Source: Myxococcales bacterium
GTDB taxonomy: Bacteria; Myxococcota_A; Polyangia; Haliangiales; Haliangiaceae
Assembly: GCA_016708565.1 (NCBI GenBank)
Contig: JADJFN010000001.1
Span: 732,863 to 796,862 of the forward strand
Length of the DNA: 64,000 nucleotides
Direction: 5' to 3'
Within the stretch, counting starts at the first letter, position 1. Each line of letters opens with the position of its first letter. The notes under the pieces were generated by a model that ran no database searches, had not been told where the DNA came from, and saw only the letters and a list, made by a program, of their open reading frames with translations. This document shows positions 46,572 through 57,903 of this stretch, one piece after another. Made by a program: the position numbers and the translations under genes.

Positions 46572-48407
46572 ATGCGTCCTCGCCGCGGCTCGACACGATC
46601 AGGCGCTGGCGCGCTCGCGGCCATGGCGGCCGCGACCGCGGTGGTGGCGTGCAGCGGCGGGGCGCCGAACACGCCGGACGGGGCTCCGGACACGGCGGCC
46701 GACGCGGTCGCGGGCAGCTGCGGCGACGGGGTGGTCGACCCGGGCGAGGCGTGCGACGACGGCCGCAACGACGCCCTGGGCGGTGGCTGCCTGCCGGGGT
46801 GCCAGGCGAGCGACGACAGCGACCAGGTGTTCGCCCGCCCGCTGGTCGAGGTGGCGCTGACCTTGCCGGCGTCCGAGTGGGAGCTGCTGCGCCACGAGCG
46901 CAAGCCCCGCCACGTCATCTTCGGCGGCGCTGACTGCCGCAACGTCAGCTTGCCGAGCCCGTACCAGTGGCACGCGGCCGAGGTCACGATCGACGGCGTC
47001 GCGCTCGGCGCGGTCGGCCTGCGCAAGAAGGGGCACATCGGGTCGCAGACCGACCTGCGGCCGGCTCTCAAGCTCGACTTCGATCGCGTCTCGCCGGGCG
47101 GCCGCTACCACGGCCTCGAGGGGGTGGCGCTCAACAACGACCGGAGCGACCCCTCGCATGCGCGTGCCTGCGTCAGCTACCAGGTGTTCCGCGCTGCCGG
47201 CGTCCCGGCGCCGCGCTGCACGCTGGCCCACGTGACGGTCAACGGCGAGGATCAGGGCGTGTACGGCCTGGTCGAGGAGATCGACGCGCACTTCCTGGCC
47301 CGGCAGTTCGCGCAACCAGGCGGCAACCTGTACGAGGGCACCGCCAACGACTTCCGGCCCGACGCCATCGGCGGGTTCGATCGCGAGACCAACCAAGGCG
47401 ACCCGTCGCGGGCCGACCTCGACGCCGTGCTGGCGGCGCTGGACGCGGCCGACGCCGAGGTCGAGGCGGCGCTGGCGGCGGTGATCGATCTCGATCAGTT
47501 CTACCGGTTCTGGGCGACCGAGATCGTGGTGTGGCACCGCGACGGCTACAGCGGCAACGCCAACAACTTCTACCTGTACGCCGACCCGGCCCGGGGCGGC
47601 CGGATGGTGTTCCTGCCGTGGGGCACCGACGCTGCCCTCTCGGTCGACAACCGACCCGAGGTGCCCGACTCGGTGCTGGCGTTCTCGGCGCTCAGCCGGC
47701 GCCTGATCCTGCTCGCCAGCGGACGCGCTCGGCTGAACGCCGAGGTCGACGCCGTGCTGACCGAGGCGTGGCGCCCGGCCGAGCTGATGGCGGACGTCGA
47801 TCGCATCGGCCAGGTCGCCGATCCGGTGCTGCTGCCGGCCCGCGCCGCCGAGCGCGCGAGCGTGGCCGCGCAGATCAAGGCGATGATCCTCGGTCGCGCC
47901 GACGCCATCACCGCCGCCCGCGCCGCGGGCGATGCGTGGAGCCTGCCGCTGCGTACCCTGCCGTGTCGCGTCGAGGCCGAGGCCATCACGGGCACAGTCA
48001 CCACCAGCTGGGACACCCTCGGGCAGACCACCTACGCCACCGGCGCGCTCACGCTGACGGTGGCCGGGCAGCCGGTCGTCGCCGTGCGGTCGGGCGCCCG
48101 GGCCGGCCTGGCCGGCGTGGACGGCCGGATCCTGGCCACCCTCGACAGCGCGACCCGGCGCTACGCCATCACCCTCAACTTCCCCGACCCCGAGTGGTTC
48201 GATCGCTTCGACGTCGTCGGCCCGCACGACATCGCCAGCCCGCCGTTGACGATCACGGTGATCGAGTCCGACCTGACCGTGACCCCCGCGGCCGTGCTGC
48301 GCCGGCTCGAGCTCGGCGGCGGGACCTGGACCTTCTCGGCCGCCAGCCGCATGGCAGGCGCGCCGATCGTCGCCAGCTTCACCAGCACGCTGTACCTCCC
48401 GCTGTGA
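46572..48407 (+). CDS. CotH kinase-family lipoprotein with an N-terminal Cys-rich module
   Basis: Signal plus lipobox AAMAAATAVVACSGG; GDGVVDPGEACDDG Cys-rich repeat; CotH-like core (VSYQVFRAAGVPAPRCTLAHVTVNGEDQGVYGLVEEID...NLYEG...NNFYLY). Confidence 0.75.
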   Translation: MRPRRGSTRSGAGALAAMAAATAVVACSGGAPNTPDGAPDTAADAVAGSCGDGVVDPGEACDDGRNDALGGGCLPGCQASDDSDQVFARPLVEVALTLPASEWELLRHERKPRHVIFGGADCRNVSLPSPYQWHAAEVTIDGVALGAVGLRKKGHIGSQTDLRPALKLDFDRVSPGGRYHGLEGVALNNDRSDPSHARACVSYQVFRAAGVPAPRCTLAHVTVNGEDQGVYGLVEEIDAHFLARQFAQPGGNLYEGTANDFRPDAIGGFDRETNQGDPSRADLDAVLAALDAADAEVEAALAAVIDLDQFYRFWATEIVVWHRDGYSGNANNFYLYADPARGGRMVFLPWGTDAALSVDNRPEVPDSVLAFSALSRRLILLASGRARLNAEVDAVLTEAWRPAELMADVDRIGQVADPVLLPARAAERASVAAQIKAMILGRADAITAARAAGDAWSLPLRTLPCRVEAEAITGTVTTSWDTLGQTTYATGALTLTVAGQPVVAVRSGARAGLAGVDGRILATLDSATRRYAITLNFPDPEWFDRFDVVGPHDIASPPLTITVIESDLTVTPAAVLRRLELGGGTWTFSAASRMAGAPIVASFTSTLYLPL

Positions 48408-48467
48408 TCTCCCGTGCGATGCAGACCGTTCGAACGAGCGGCGCGACGGGCAGTGGGGACGCGACGA

Positions 48468-50750
48468 TCATTGCAGGATGCCGCCGTCGTTGCGCGCGAC
48501 GCCGTAGTAGCCACCCCAGACGACCATCCACGCGCCCGTCCAGACCGCCGCGTGTTCAGCGCGGGCCGGTCCGCCGGCGAGAATCGGGATCCAGGCGCTC
48601 GTCAGCGGGGCGTAGCGACCGCCGTCGTCCGGGATGTCCCGGCCGCCCCAGACGATCATCTCCGTCCCGGTCCAGACCCCGGTGTGTTCCTCTCGGGCCA
48701 CTGGGCCCCCGCTCAGAATCGGGTTCCACTGCGCCGTCGACGGGCGGAAGCGGCCCCCATCGTTCAGCTTGACGCCGGTGCTCACTCCACCCCACACGAG
48801 CATCTCGGTCCCGGTCCACACCGCCGTATGACTATGACGAGCTGACGGGCCGGCGGCAGGCAGTGGGGTCCACTGCCCGGTCGCGGGATCGAAGCGAGCG
48901 CCGTCGTTGCGGTCCGCGCCGTCATGCCCGCCCCAGACGATCATCTCGGTCCCGGTCCACACCGCCGCGTGATTGACCCGCGCCGAAGGACCTCCACTCG
49001 AGATCAGGGTCCACTGCCCCGTCGCGGGGTCGTAGCGGCCCCCGTCGTCGTGGTTGCCCCCCGCCCCATAGCCGCCCCAGACGATCATCTCGGTGCCGGT
49101 CCACACGGCCGTGTGCCCGCTGCGCACCGACGGGCCGCCCGCAGGGATGAGGGTCCATTGGCCGGTCGCGGGATTGTAGCGCCCCCCGTTGTTGAGCTCG
49201 GCACCCCCGCCCCAGCCGCCCCAGACGATCATCTCGGTGCCGGTCCACACGGCCGTGTGCCCGTAGCGCGCCGAGGGGCCGCCGGCAGGAATCGGAATCC
49301 AGCGGCTGCAGTGACCGGCGTTGCAACCGATGGCACAGGTCTCGTCGGTGTGTGGATAGCTGCACGTTCCACCGGCGCAGCTGCCTGGGGTGGTCGACGT
49401 CCGCAGCGTGAACACGTTCACGCAGATCGGCGGCGGCGGCTGCGTACAACCCGTCGGCGCGCACGCCCCGGCAAACGCGGCCGTGACCGTCGTCGCCGTC
49501 GCCAGCGTGACGACGCAATCGCCGGTACCGGTGCAACCGCCGCCGCTCCAGCCGCCGAAGGCATCAGCGCCGGTCGGACTGGCCCGCAACGTGATGCTCG
49601 TGCCGCCCGGAAAGGGCCGACTGCACGCCGCGCCGCAGTCGATTCCCGCCGGTATCGACGTCACCGTGCCCGCTCCCGTCCCAACCTTGACCACCGTCAG
49701 GACGGGCGCCGTCATGCACGCGTTGGCGCTGCAGATCTGGTCGGCCCCGCACGCGACGGCGGGCCCCCACTCGGCGCAGGCGTCGGTGTCGAAATCGCCA
49801 CACAGCTGCTCGGCCCCTGTCCCCGCGCAGCGCGTTGCACCGCGCGTGCATTCGTCGGTGCACGCGCCGCCGAACGCGGCGGTCACCGTCGCCGCCGCCG
49901 ACATCGTCACAGCGCAGGTCCCGGTGCCGCTGCAGCCACCGCCGCTCCAGCCGTCGAACGTCGCGCCGGCCCCTGGCGTCGCGATCAGCTGCACGCTGGT
50001 CCCGGCCGGGTACGTCGCCGTGCAGTCTGCCCCGCAGCTGATGCCAGGCGGCGTCGACGTAACGAGCCCTCCCCCAGTGCCGGTCGTCACCACCGTCAAG
50101 GCATACGCCGCCGTGCACGCGCTCGCCGCACAGAGCTCGCCTGGGGGGCACGCCTCCGCCGCCCCCCACTCAAGGCACGGATCCGTGTCGTGATTCCCGC
50201 ACGTCCGCACCGCCTCGGCGCCTTCGCACACCGAGGCACCGGGCATGCAGTCGTCCGCACACGACGAGGCGCACGCGCCGCCGACGCAGAACGGCGCAGC
50301 GGCGGGGCAGGCCATCGCCATGCCCCACGCCGGGCACCCATCGGTCACGACGCACGTCTCGACGGCCTGGTCGGTGCACCGCGTCGCCCCCGGCTCGCAG
50401 CTCGCCGGACAATCCGTGCGCACCAGCGTCACCCGCGCGACCACCTCCTCACCGCGCACCGGGGTCACCTGCGTCCGGCCGTCCGCCACCGGCACGCCGA
50501 GCTGGAGCCCCGCCACGGTCAAGGCGTGCGCGTCCCCAGCCCAGGCGTCCGGCACCTGCAGCATCAACTCGGGACCAACCGCCCGCGTCACCGGGGCTGC
50601 GCCGTCGAGCGTCACGACGAGCGCGTCCACGTTCACGCCCGCCGCGATGGTGACCTCGAGCCGTATCGAGGTTGGGGCGGAACTACATGCCGCCGCCATC
50701 AGGCACAGCCACGGCAGGACGGTCGTTCGCAAACTCGCTCGCGGTCGCAT
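48468..50750 (-). CDS. lipoprotein with Cys-rich modules, two divergent InlB-B-type repeat domains and a six-bladed Kelch beta-propeller
   Basis: MRPRASLRTTVLPWLCLMAAAC lipobox; two TVVTTGTGGG...FDGWSGGGC...AAF domains; six GHTAVWTGTEMIVWGG Kelch repeats. Confidence 0.8.
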   Translation of the reverse strand: MRPRASLRTTVLPWLCLMAAACSSAPTSIRLEVTIAAGVNVDALVVTLDGAAPVTRAVGPELMLQVPDAWAGDAHALTVAGLQLGVPVADGRTQVTPVRGEEVVARVTLVRTDCPASCEPGATRCTDQAVETCVVTDGCPAWGMAMACPAAAPFCVGGACASSCADDCMPGASVCEGAEAVRTCGNHDTDPCLEWGAAEACPPGELCAASACTAAYALTVVTTGTGGGLVTSTPPGISCGADCTATYPAGTSVQLIATPGAGATFDGWSGGGCSGTGTCAVTMSAAATVTAAFGGACTDECTRGATRCAGTGAEQLCGDFDTDACAEWGPAVACGADQICSANACMTAPVLTVVKVGTGAGTVTSIPAGIDCGAACSRPFPGGTSITLRASPTGADAFGGWSGGGCTGTGDCVVTLATATTVTAAFAGACAPTGCTQPPPPICVNVFTLRTSTTPGSCAGGTCSYPHTDETCAIGCNAGHCSRWIPIPAGGPSARYGHTAVWTGTEMIVWGGWGGGAELNNGGRYNPATGQWTLIPAGGPSVRSGHTAVWTGTEMIVWGGYGAGGNHDDGGRYDPATGQWTLISSGGPSARVNHAAVWTGTEMIVWGGHDGADRNDGARFDPATGQWTPLPAAGPSARHSHTAVWTGTEMLVWGGVSTGVKLNDGGRFRPSTAQWNPILSGGPVAREEHTGVWTGTEMIVWGGRDIPDDGGRYAPLTSAWIPILAGGPARAEHAAVWTGAWMVVWGGYYGVARNDGGILQ
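48480..49320 (-). repeat. about six tandem ~141-nt Kelch-encoding repeats
   Basis: Recurring ...ccccagacgatcatctcggt.ccggtccacac.gccgtgtg... units. Confidence 0.55.
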
Positions 50751-51120
50751 GGCGCGGGAGGTTGGCAGCGGCCGGCCACGCGGGGAATGACGCCGCGCTT
50801 TCACCGACGTGTGCCGTCGCGCACATCGCGTCGTCCCGCCGAGATCTTCGACGTCGTGAATCACCGCCGTGGCGTGAGGTGCGCGAGTGCCTTGCGGATG
50901 GCCGTGCGGACCTCGCGGTCGGGCTCGAGCGCTCGCCGCCGCTTGAGCGCGGCGCGACTCGGCGCGGGGCCGAGGTCGATCATCGCGACGACCGTGGCGC
51001 ACCTGACGCGCTGGTCGGCGTGGTCGAGCAGCGCCTCCAGGGTGGCGCGGGCCGCGGCGCCGCCGCGGGCGCCGAGGGCCATCGCGGCGGCCTGGACCGT
51101 CGGCGCGTCGTTCTTGGGGC

Positions 51121-51158
51121 CCGGCGATCCGATCGGCGCCCGGCGATCCGATCGGCTG
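51121..51158 (+). repeat. tandem duplication of ccggcgatccgatcggcgc (x2), a member of the GATCGGATCG repeat family
   Basis: Seen directly in the sequence. Confidence 0.7.
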
Positions 51159-51174
51159 CGACTCGTCTCGCAGG

Positions 51175-51861
51175 GTGGCGGGCACTCGGTCGCCGACGGG
51201 CGGTGGCTTACCGATCGGGTGTGGGCCGTCGATCGAGGTCCGCCTCAGCCTGTGCGCGTCGGTCGCCGACCACGAGCTGGCGGTCGACCTGGCGACGGCG
51301 TTGGCGGAGCAAGCCGAACCGCTGATCGCCTGGGAGGACGACGCGGGGCCGATCTCGCCGGCGGCGCTCCAGGCGCGACGTGCGGCCTGGGTCGCCGAAC
51401 AGGCCGCGTGGGCGCCCGCGATCGCGGCGTCGATGGTCGATGCCGAGGGGCAGACCTCGCTGATGGCCGGCCCGCGCCGCGCGTTCGCGCTCGGCCCGCG
51501 GTTCCTGGCGGCGCTGCGCGCCAGCGGCGCGCCGCTCGAGGACGCGCTGCTGGCGGCGATGGTGACGCTGCAAGGCCTCGACGAGTACTACCCCGCGATG
51601 GCGCTCGGCCTCAGCGACGGCGCGACCACGACCACGCACGCGGTCTGGGGGCCGCGCAGCGCGTACTTGTTCCACCGCGTCGACACGCTGGTGCTGCGCG
51701 ACGACGACGAGCGGATCGTGATCCCGTGGGCGTGCGGCCCCGAGGTCGCCGGCGACGGCTGGTGCTGGCGCGACGAGGACCACGCGACGGTCGAACGCAT
51801 GGACGCCGATGGCTGGCGCGCTCGGCTGGCGCGCGCGCGCCGGGTGGCGCTGCCCGCGTGA
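51175..51861 (+). CDS. hypothetical protein
   Basis: 228-aa ORF whose C-terminal half is non-repetitive (…LQGLDEYYPAMALGLSDGATTTTHAVWGPRSAYLFHRVDTLV…); the start is uncertain. Confidence 0.35.
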   Translation: MAGTRSPTGGGLPIGCGPSIEVRLSLCASVADHELAVDLATALAEQAEPLIAWEDDAGPISPAALQARRAAWVAEQAAWAPAIAASMVDAEGQTSLMAGPRRAFALGPRFLAALRASGAPLEDALLAAMVTLQGLDEYYPAMALGLSDGATTTTHAVWGPRSAYLFHRVDTLVLRDDDERIVIPWACGPEVAGDGWCWRDEDHATVERMDADGWRARLARARRVALPA

Positions 51862-51879
51862 GCCGCGCGAGGCGCGTGG

Positions 51880-52239
51880 CTACCGGAACGCCAGGTCGAG
51901 CCCGGCGAACATGCGGATGTCATCAGCGGCTGAGCGTGCGTGCCCGCGGACGTGCCCCGAGGCATCGGTGAAGCCCGCGCGGATGATGTTCTCGTCGCCG
52001 GGGCTCACCTTGCCAAACAGCCTCGCCAGGTGGCCGAACCCGAGGATGGCGTTGCCGCGGACGTACTCGTCGCGGTGGCCGCTGAGCGCCACGCACATGC
52101 GATGCACAACCTCGTAGTCCGCTTCGTTGAGCGCGGCGGCGACGATGCCGGTCTGCAGGTACGCGACGTCGTCACGCGCGATGGCCGCCCAGAGCGCCTG
52201 CGGCCCGCCGTAGGGCGGGTCGTGGTAGGCGTCGGTCAT
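51880..52239 (-). CDS. small hypothetical protein (119 aa)
   Basis: MTDAYHDPPYGGPQALWAAIARDDVAYLQTGIVAAALNE...; only the C-terminal part of the 398-aa table ORF is protein-like. Confidence 0.45.
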   Translation of the reverse strand: MTDAYHDPPYGGPQALWAAIARDDVAYLQTGIVAAALNEADYEVVHRMCVALSGHRDEYVRGNAILGFGHLARLFGKVSPGDENIIRAGFTDASGHVRGHARSAADDIRMFAGLDLAFR

Positions 52240-52295
52240 GCGGCGTAGCCTAGCCTGGGGCCGCGGTGGCAGCCGATCGGATCGCCGGCTCCGCG

Positions 52296-53102
52296 TCAGC
52301 CGCCGGCCGCCCACGCGTCGTCGCCGACCGCCTCGCTCACCACAGCGATCGCCCGCGGCGCGCCCACCAGGCGCGGGGGGGCGCCGGTCACCGTGACGCG
52401 CAGGCCGGGCGCGGCGCCGAGCACGATGGCGCCGGCGGGGCCGAGCTCGTCGAGCACGTGGGCGTCGCGCTCGGGGGACGCCCCTTCCCAGCGGCAGACC
52501 AGCACGGGCGTCGTCAGGTGCGGGTGCCCCGCCGGTGCGGCCAGGGCGCAGCGCAACGTGAGCGTCGTGGCCCGGGCCTGTGGCAGCCGGCCCTCGGCGA
52601 GCGTCGGGCACACCACGGCGTCGGCTGTCACGTCGACCACGACCGCGTCGCCGTCGGCGCGCCAGCGCCCGGCGAACCCCGCCTGTTCCCGGAACTGGTC
52701 GTCGGTGTGGACCCGCGGCCCGTCGTTCGTCATCGCGTAGCGCCAGCCGCGACAGGCCTGCGCGGTGCCGTCGTCGGCCAGCGTCAGCGCCAGCGAGGCC
52801 GCGGAGGTCTCGCGCACGAGCTGGCGCGCGTGGGTGCCGCTGAGGTCGCGGTGGATCACGGTCGCGTAGCGGCCGGGGACGAACGGCACGCCCCGCAGCC
52901 CCGCGCCAAGCTCGATGGTCGCGCCGGTGGGCGTGGCGACCGGTGCTGCGTCGGCGGCCAGCGCTTGCGCGTTCGTGGTGCCAGGCGAAGGGCGCGCGGG
53001 TGGCATCTCGGGCGGCCTCCCGCACGCGGCGCTGCCGGCGAGCGCGGCCAGCACCGCGGCGGTTGGAGCAGCGCATCGCTCAGTCGGGGAACGCACTGAC
53101 AT
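52296..53102 (-). CDS. lipoprotein, hypothetical
   Basis: MSVRSPTERCAAPTAAVLAALAGSAAC lipobox; trimmed from the 466-aa table ORF. Confidence 0.5.
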   Translation of the reverse strand: MSVRSPTERCAAPTAAVLAALAGSAACGRPPEMPPARPSPGTTNAQALAADAAPVATPTGATIELGAGLRGVPFVPGRYATVIHRDLSGTHARQLVRETSAASLALTLADDGTAQACRGWRYAMTNDGPRVHTDDQFREQAGFAGRWRADGDAVVVDVTADAVVCPTLAEGRLPQARATTLTLRCALAAPAGHPHLTTPVLVCRWEGASPERDAHVLDELGPAGAIVLGAAPGLRVTVTGAPPRLVGAPRAIAVVSEAVGDDAWAAGG

Positions 53103-53418
53103 ATCGGTGGTCGAGGACGGTACCCCAATCGATCGGTGCGGCGGCGGGGCTCGGTCACCGGCGCAGCGCCTTGCGGGGCCGGGCTCCTCGTCGGGCGCGG
53201 CGACCGGCGAGCGGCGCCCACGCGAAAGGACGACGTGGCGATCGGCGGCGATGGCGATCGCGCCGCGCGGGCGACCCGCTCCTCCGGACCACCGCCAGGC
53301 GCGGCGCCCGACGCCGACCAGCGCTTCGCCCACCCGTCGCGCGAGCCCCGCCGATCGGATCGCGGTCCGCGGCCGCGCGCCGGCTGGACGCAGCCGCGAT
53401 CGTCGCAGGTGTCGCGCG

Positions 53419-54225
<807 letters not shown>

Positions 54226-54352
54226 CGATGCGCCTGATGCTACCCCGTCGGCGCGTACGCGCGCGGCACGCCGACGCTCCCCGGAGGCCGGGTGCAGCTC
54301 CGTCCGGTCAGGGTCGAGGGCGGAGCGCGTCCACGCGTGGCCTTCGACGCGC

Positions 54353-54634
54353 TCAGGTGCGCCGCGCGTCGCGCGCGTCGCGCGCGGCCCGGCGGCGGGC
54401 GTACCCGCGGTAGAGCCACAGGAGCAGCATCGCGCCCAGCACCGAGGCGAGGAAGCCCGACGTCTCGTTCGTGCGATACCAGCCGCCGGCGACGCCGATG
54501 AGGCGCGCGGTCGCCGCGCCGAGCACGCCGAGCAGCGACGTGAGCAACAGGCCAGCCGGACCACGTCCCGGCATCAGCAGGCGCGCGAACGCGCCCACGA
54601 TGAGACCGATGAACAGGACCCAGAGGATGGACAT
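54353..54634 (-). CDS. GlsB/YeaQ/YmgE family stress-response membrane protein
   Basis: 93 aa, MSILWVLFIGLIVGAFARLLMPGRGPAGLLLTSLLGVLGAATARLIGVAGGWYRTNETSGFLASVLGAMLLLWLY. Confidence 0.85.
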   Translation of the reverse strand: MSILWVLFIGLIVGAFARLLMPGRGPAGLLLTSLLGVLGAATARLIGVAGGWYRTNETSGFLASVLGAMLLLWLYRGYARRRAARDARDARRT

Positions 54635-54755
54635 GCGGCCTCTGTAGTCACGATCGTCAGGCCGCGCCAGTGGTGTCGCCGCGCACGGGGGGCGCGCGCT
54701 TACTCGCAGCGGGTGGCAGCGGTCGCAGCCGATCGTAGCGCCGCGTTCGCGATGC

Positions 54756-56600
54756 TCACGGCGCCGCGACGGGGAAGACGACCGGCGGCAGCGCGCGGCT
54801 GCCAACGTCGACGAACTGGGGGCCGAATGGTCCGTGGGGATCGGCGACGTAGATCTCGTCCAGGCCGCCTTCGCGCCGCGCCGTGAACACCGTCGCGGCG
54901 CCGTCGTCGATCCACTCGGTGATCGAGTACATGTCTTGAAACGTCCCGGGCGGGTTCAGCATCGTCGAGGTCCAGCTCGGGGCCTCGGCGTAGCCTAGGT
55001 CCCAGCGGGGCCACTCGCCGAGCGGCGTTGCCTGCAGGCGCACGCTGCGGCTCGCGAGGTTCCCCGCGATGCGGCGCCAGGTGCCGAGGTGCCAGTCGGG
55101 GCTCGCCGATTCAGGGACCGCGATGGGCGCCAGCGAAGGAAGCGCACGCCAGAACGTCGCCAGGTCGCCCGTGGTGGTCGTCGTCATCACGTAGGCGACC
55201 ACCTCGCCGTCGAGATCGAACCCGACGCCGAACACATCGGGATCGACGCCCGCGATCGCGGGCGAGTTCACGCGCACCGCTGGTCCTGGTACCGACCCGC
55301 TCACGTCGACCAGGTAGGCATCATCCCAGGGGTGGTCGAACTGTCCCGCGAACGCGACGAGCGTTCCCGCCGAGTTCATCGCCACCTGGGGCTGGGTCTG
55401 CAGTGTGAGCCCGGGCGGGATCAGCGAGATCGGTGGTAGCGGGACGCCGTCGTTGATCGCCACCCAGAGGACATCATGAAACGCCACGAACAGCATGCCG
55501 TGGCCGTCTGGGGTGAAGGGTGAGGTGTTGTTGGGTTCGAACCCCGGCGTGCCCAGATCCACCGGCGCGGACGTCGGCCGGCGTAGATCGAGGCCCCAGG
55601 CGTTGCTCGAGGTGAACAACGTCGGGCGACACGCGGCGAAGCTGCCGTCCGGGGCGATCCAAGCGCGCTCGCAGCTCCCGGTCGGATAGGGCGGGTTGAT
55701 CGCCCGGGTCGACGCGGTCCCGGCCGCGTCGAACGACGTGACGTAGCCGCCGCGGTTGGGGCCCAGCGCGACGAAGTGATCGCCGGCGGTGCTCCAGGCG
55801 CCGTAGACTGTATCGAAGGCCCCCGGCACATGGATCGGCGGCTGCGCCGGCGGGATCTGCGCGAGGTCGTACACCGCGACCCCAGGCGACGGGCTCTCCG
55901 TCGGCCAGGCCAGCCGCGGTCGGCTCGCCGCCATCCGCCACCCATCGGTGACCTGCGAGGTCTCGTCCGCGATCACGGTTGGCGGTGCAAGCGGGGAGGC
56001 CGTCAGGTCGGTTGCCATGAGCACGTGACGCTGGCCCGCCGACTGCGCGACGACGAGGTGTCGTCGATCCGGCGTCGGGCCGGCGTGCGACCAGAGGAGC
56101 GCATCGTGGATCACCCCGACGTGGACGGGAACCGCCGGACAGTATGCGGCGTCGAGCGAGACGACCATGGTCGACCGGACGGCCGTGACCTCTCGTTGAT
56201 ATGCCAGCCAGTAGCGGGGCGCACCACTGCAAGAGACGACGATCGGCGGCGTCGTGTCGCTCACCACGCCCGTCGCGCCGCTCCGCACCGTGCAGGTCTG
56301 TACCGGCGCGGTCGGCTGCGATGCCACGCTGACCGAGTAGCTCGCCCCCGCGGGGAGCGGGAACGTGAAGCGCCCGTCAGCGCCCGGCACGACGGTGGTC
56401 GTGCCGTCCGTCAGCGTCAGGCCCGAGCCGGCGAGGCACCGGACCTCGCCGGCGAGCATCGCCATCCCCGCGTCGACCGGCGTGTCGACGGGCGCGCCAT
56501 CGATGACCGCGTCGGGAGCATCGAGCGTCGGCGCCGCGTCGACGCCTGGGTCGCCGTGGCCGCCACAGGCCACGAGGCTCAGCGCCACAGTGCAGCGCAT
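54756..56600 (-). CDS. lipoprotein, hypothetical (large, beta-rich)
   Basis: MRCTVALSLVACGG lipobox; about 615 aa. Confidence 0.55.
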   Translation of the reverse strand: MRCTVALSLVACGGHGDPGVDAAPTLDAPDAVIDGAPVDTPVDAGMAMLAGEVRCLAGSGLTLTDGTTTVVPGADGRFTFPLPAGASYSVSVASQPTAPVQTCTVRSGATGVVSDTTPPIVVSCSGAPRYWLAYQREVTAVRSTMVVSLDAAYCPAVPVHVGVIHDALLWSHAGPTPDRRHLVVAQSAGQRHVLMATDLTASPLAPPTVIADETSQVTDGWRMAASRPRLAWPTESPSPGVAVYDLAQIPPAQPPIHVPGAFDTVYGAWSTAGDHFVALGPNRGGYVTSFDAAGTASTRAINPPYPTGSCERAWIAPDGSFAACRPTLFTSSNAWGLDLRRPTSAPVDLGTPGFEPNNTSPFTPDGHGMLFVAFHDVLWVAINDGVPLPPISLIPPGLTLQTQPQVAMNSAGTLVAFAGQFDHPWDDAYLVDVSGSVPGPAVRVNSPAIAGVDPDVFGVGFDLDGEVVAYVMTTTTTGDLATFWRALPSLAPIAVPESASPDWHLGTWRRIAGNLASRSVRLQATPLGEWPRWDLGYAEAPSWTSTMLNPPGTFQDMYSITEWIDDGAATVFTARREGGLDEIYVADPHGPFGPQFVDVGSRALPPVVFPVAAP

Positions 56601-56796
56601 GACGTAGTGAGTGAGATCCCGCGAGGCCACGGCGCGACTATCGCACGGTGCTGCCGCGTGGCGCTGCCGCTCGGTGGATCGCGAACTGGGATCTTCGATC
56701 GGTCGCGACTCGATGTGCTGATCGCGGCCGAGCGGATCGTGCCGGTCGACGCGCCCGGCCATGGCAGCCGCCGCTGCGGCGGTCTACGCTCGCGCC

Positions 56797-57759
56797 ATGA
56801 GGCTGCCCCACGTCGTCGCGTTTCTGCTCGCCGCGGTGAGCGTGGCGTGTCCCGGGCACCCGGCTCCGCCGATCGCGCCGGTCCGGACCGCGTTGGTCAC
56901 CCGCGCCGAGCCGGCGCCGGACGGGGGCCCGCCGGCCACCACGGGCGGCAGGTCCCCGGCGGAGAAGTTCGCCGCCGGCGAGCTCGTGTTCGGCGTCTAC
57001 ACCATCCACGACGTCGCGCACTGCGAGCTCGCGAGCTGGGACGCGACCGCGGCCGCGCTCGGCCTCGACGGCGCGCGCGTGCTCGATCGTGAGCTCACGA
57101 TCGGCGACACCGGCGTCGCGGTCGGCGCGATGGCCGACGGCGTCGTCGGCGATCTCACGCCCATCATGACCGCGCTGCGGGACGCCGGCGGCAGCGACAT
57201 CGACGGCCACCACGTCTGCGTCGTGCCCGCGACCGGGGTCGGCGTCGCCCTGTCGACGTCCAACGGCTTCATCGCGTTCGAGCCCGCGGCGATCATCCAG
57301 ATCAACGAGCTCGTGCCCGACGCGGAGCGCAGCATGTACAGCGTCGTCGTCGTGTTCGCGCACGAATTCGCGCACCAGCTCCAGTACTGGTACGGCAACC
57401 CGTTCGCGGGTGACAAGAGCATGCGGAGGACCGAGCTGGCGGCCGACTGCATGGGCTCGGCCTTCGTCGCGATGACCCAGCCCAGCGGGTGGATCATGGA
57501 ACAGGTCCACAAAGGTGTCGTCGGCGCGCTCCAAGCCTACGCCGATCTCAAGTTCAGGAGCGTCATGCATCACGGCACCCGCGTCGATCGCGCGCAGCTC
57601 GCCCACGCCGGCGTCGAGCTGGTGACGTCGCGGCGGGCCCAGCAGCAGCCGCTCGATCTCGCGACGATCAAGCGCACATGCGACGCCGCCGTCGAGGCCT
57701 GGGACGCGTCGCTGACGCTGACGCCGCCGGATCAGCTCTGGGGTGGCACCGAGCCGTGA
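56797..57759 (+). CDS. putative neutral zinc metallopeptidase lipoprotein (HExxH)
   Basis: MRLPHVVAFLLAAVSVAC lipobox; zinc motif VVFAHEFAHQLQYWYG. Confidence 0.65.
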   Translation: MRLPHVVAFLLAAVSVACPGHPAPPIAPVRTALVTRAEPAPDGGPPATTGGRSPAEKFAAGELVFGVYTIHDVAHCELASWDATAAALGLDGARVLDRELTIGDTGVAVGAMADGVVGDLTPIMTALRDAGGSDIDGHHVCVVPATGVGVALSTSNGFIAFEPAAIIQINELVPDAERSMYSVVVVFAHEFAHQLQYWYGNPFAGDKSMRRTELAADCMGSAFVAMTQPSGWIMEQVHKGVVGALQAYADLKFRSVMHHGTRVDRAQLAHAGVELVTSRRAQQQPLDLATIKRTCDAAVEAWDASLTLTPPDQLWGGTEP

Positions 57760-57903
57760 CCGGCCGGCGCCCCGGGAGCGAGAGGCGTCCGATCGGATCG
57801 CACGAGTCAGCGCGACGCTGACACCCGGCGGCGGTTGACTGGCCCGCGTGGCCCGCGCGAGGCCGACTCCGGCGAGGGCCCTGTCCTCATGCGGCGCCGT
57901 TAC

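Noticed and set aside
50861-51082. 73-aa minus-strand ORF upstream of the Kelch lipoprotein gene.
   Set aside because: Too short and lacks distinctive features. It cannot be supported as a gene from sequence alone.
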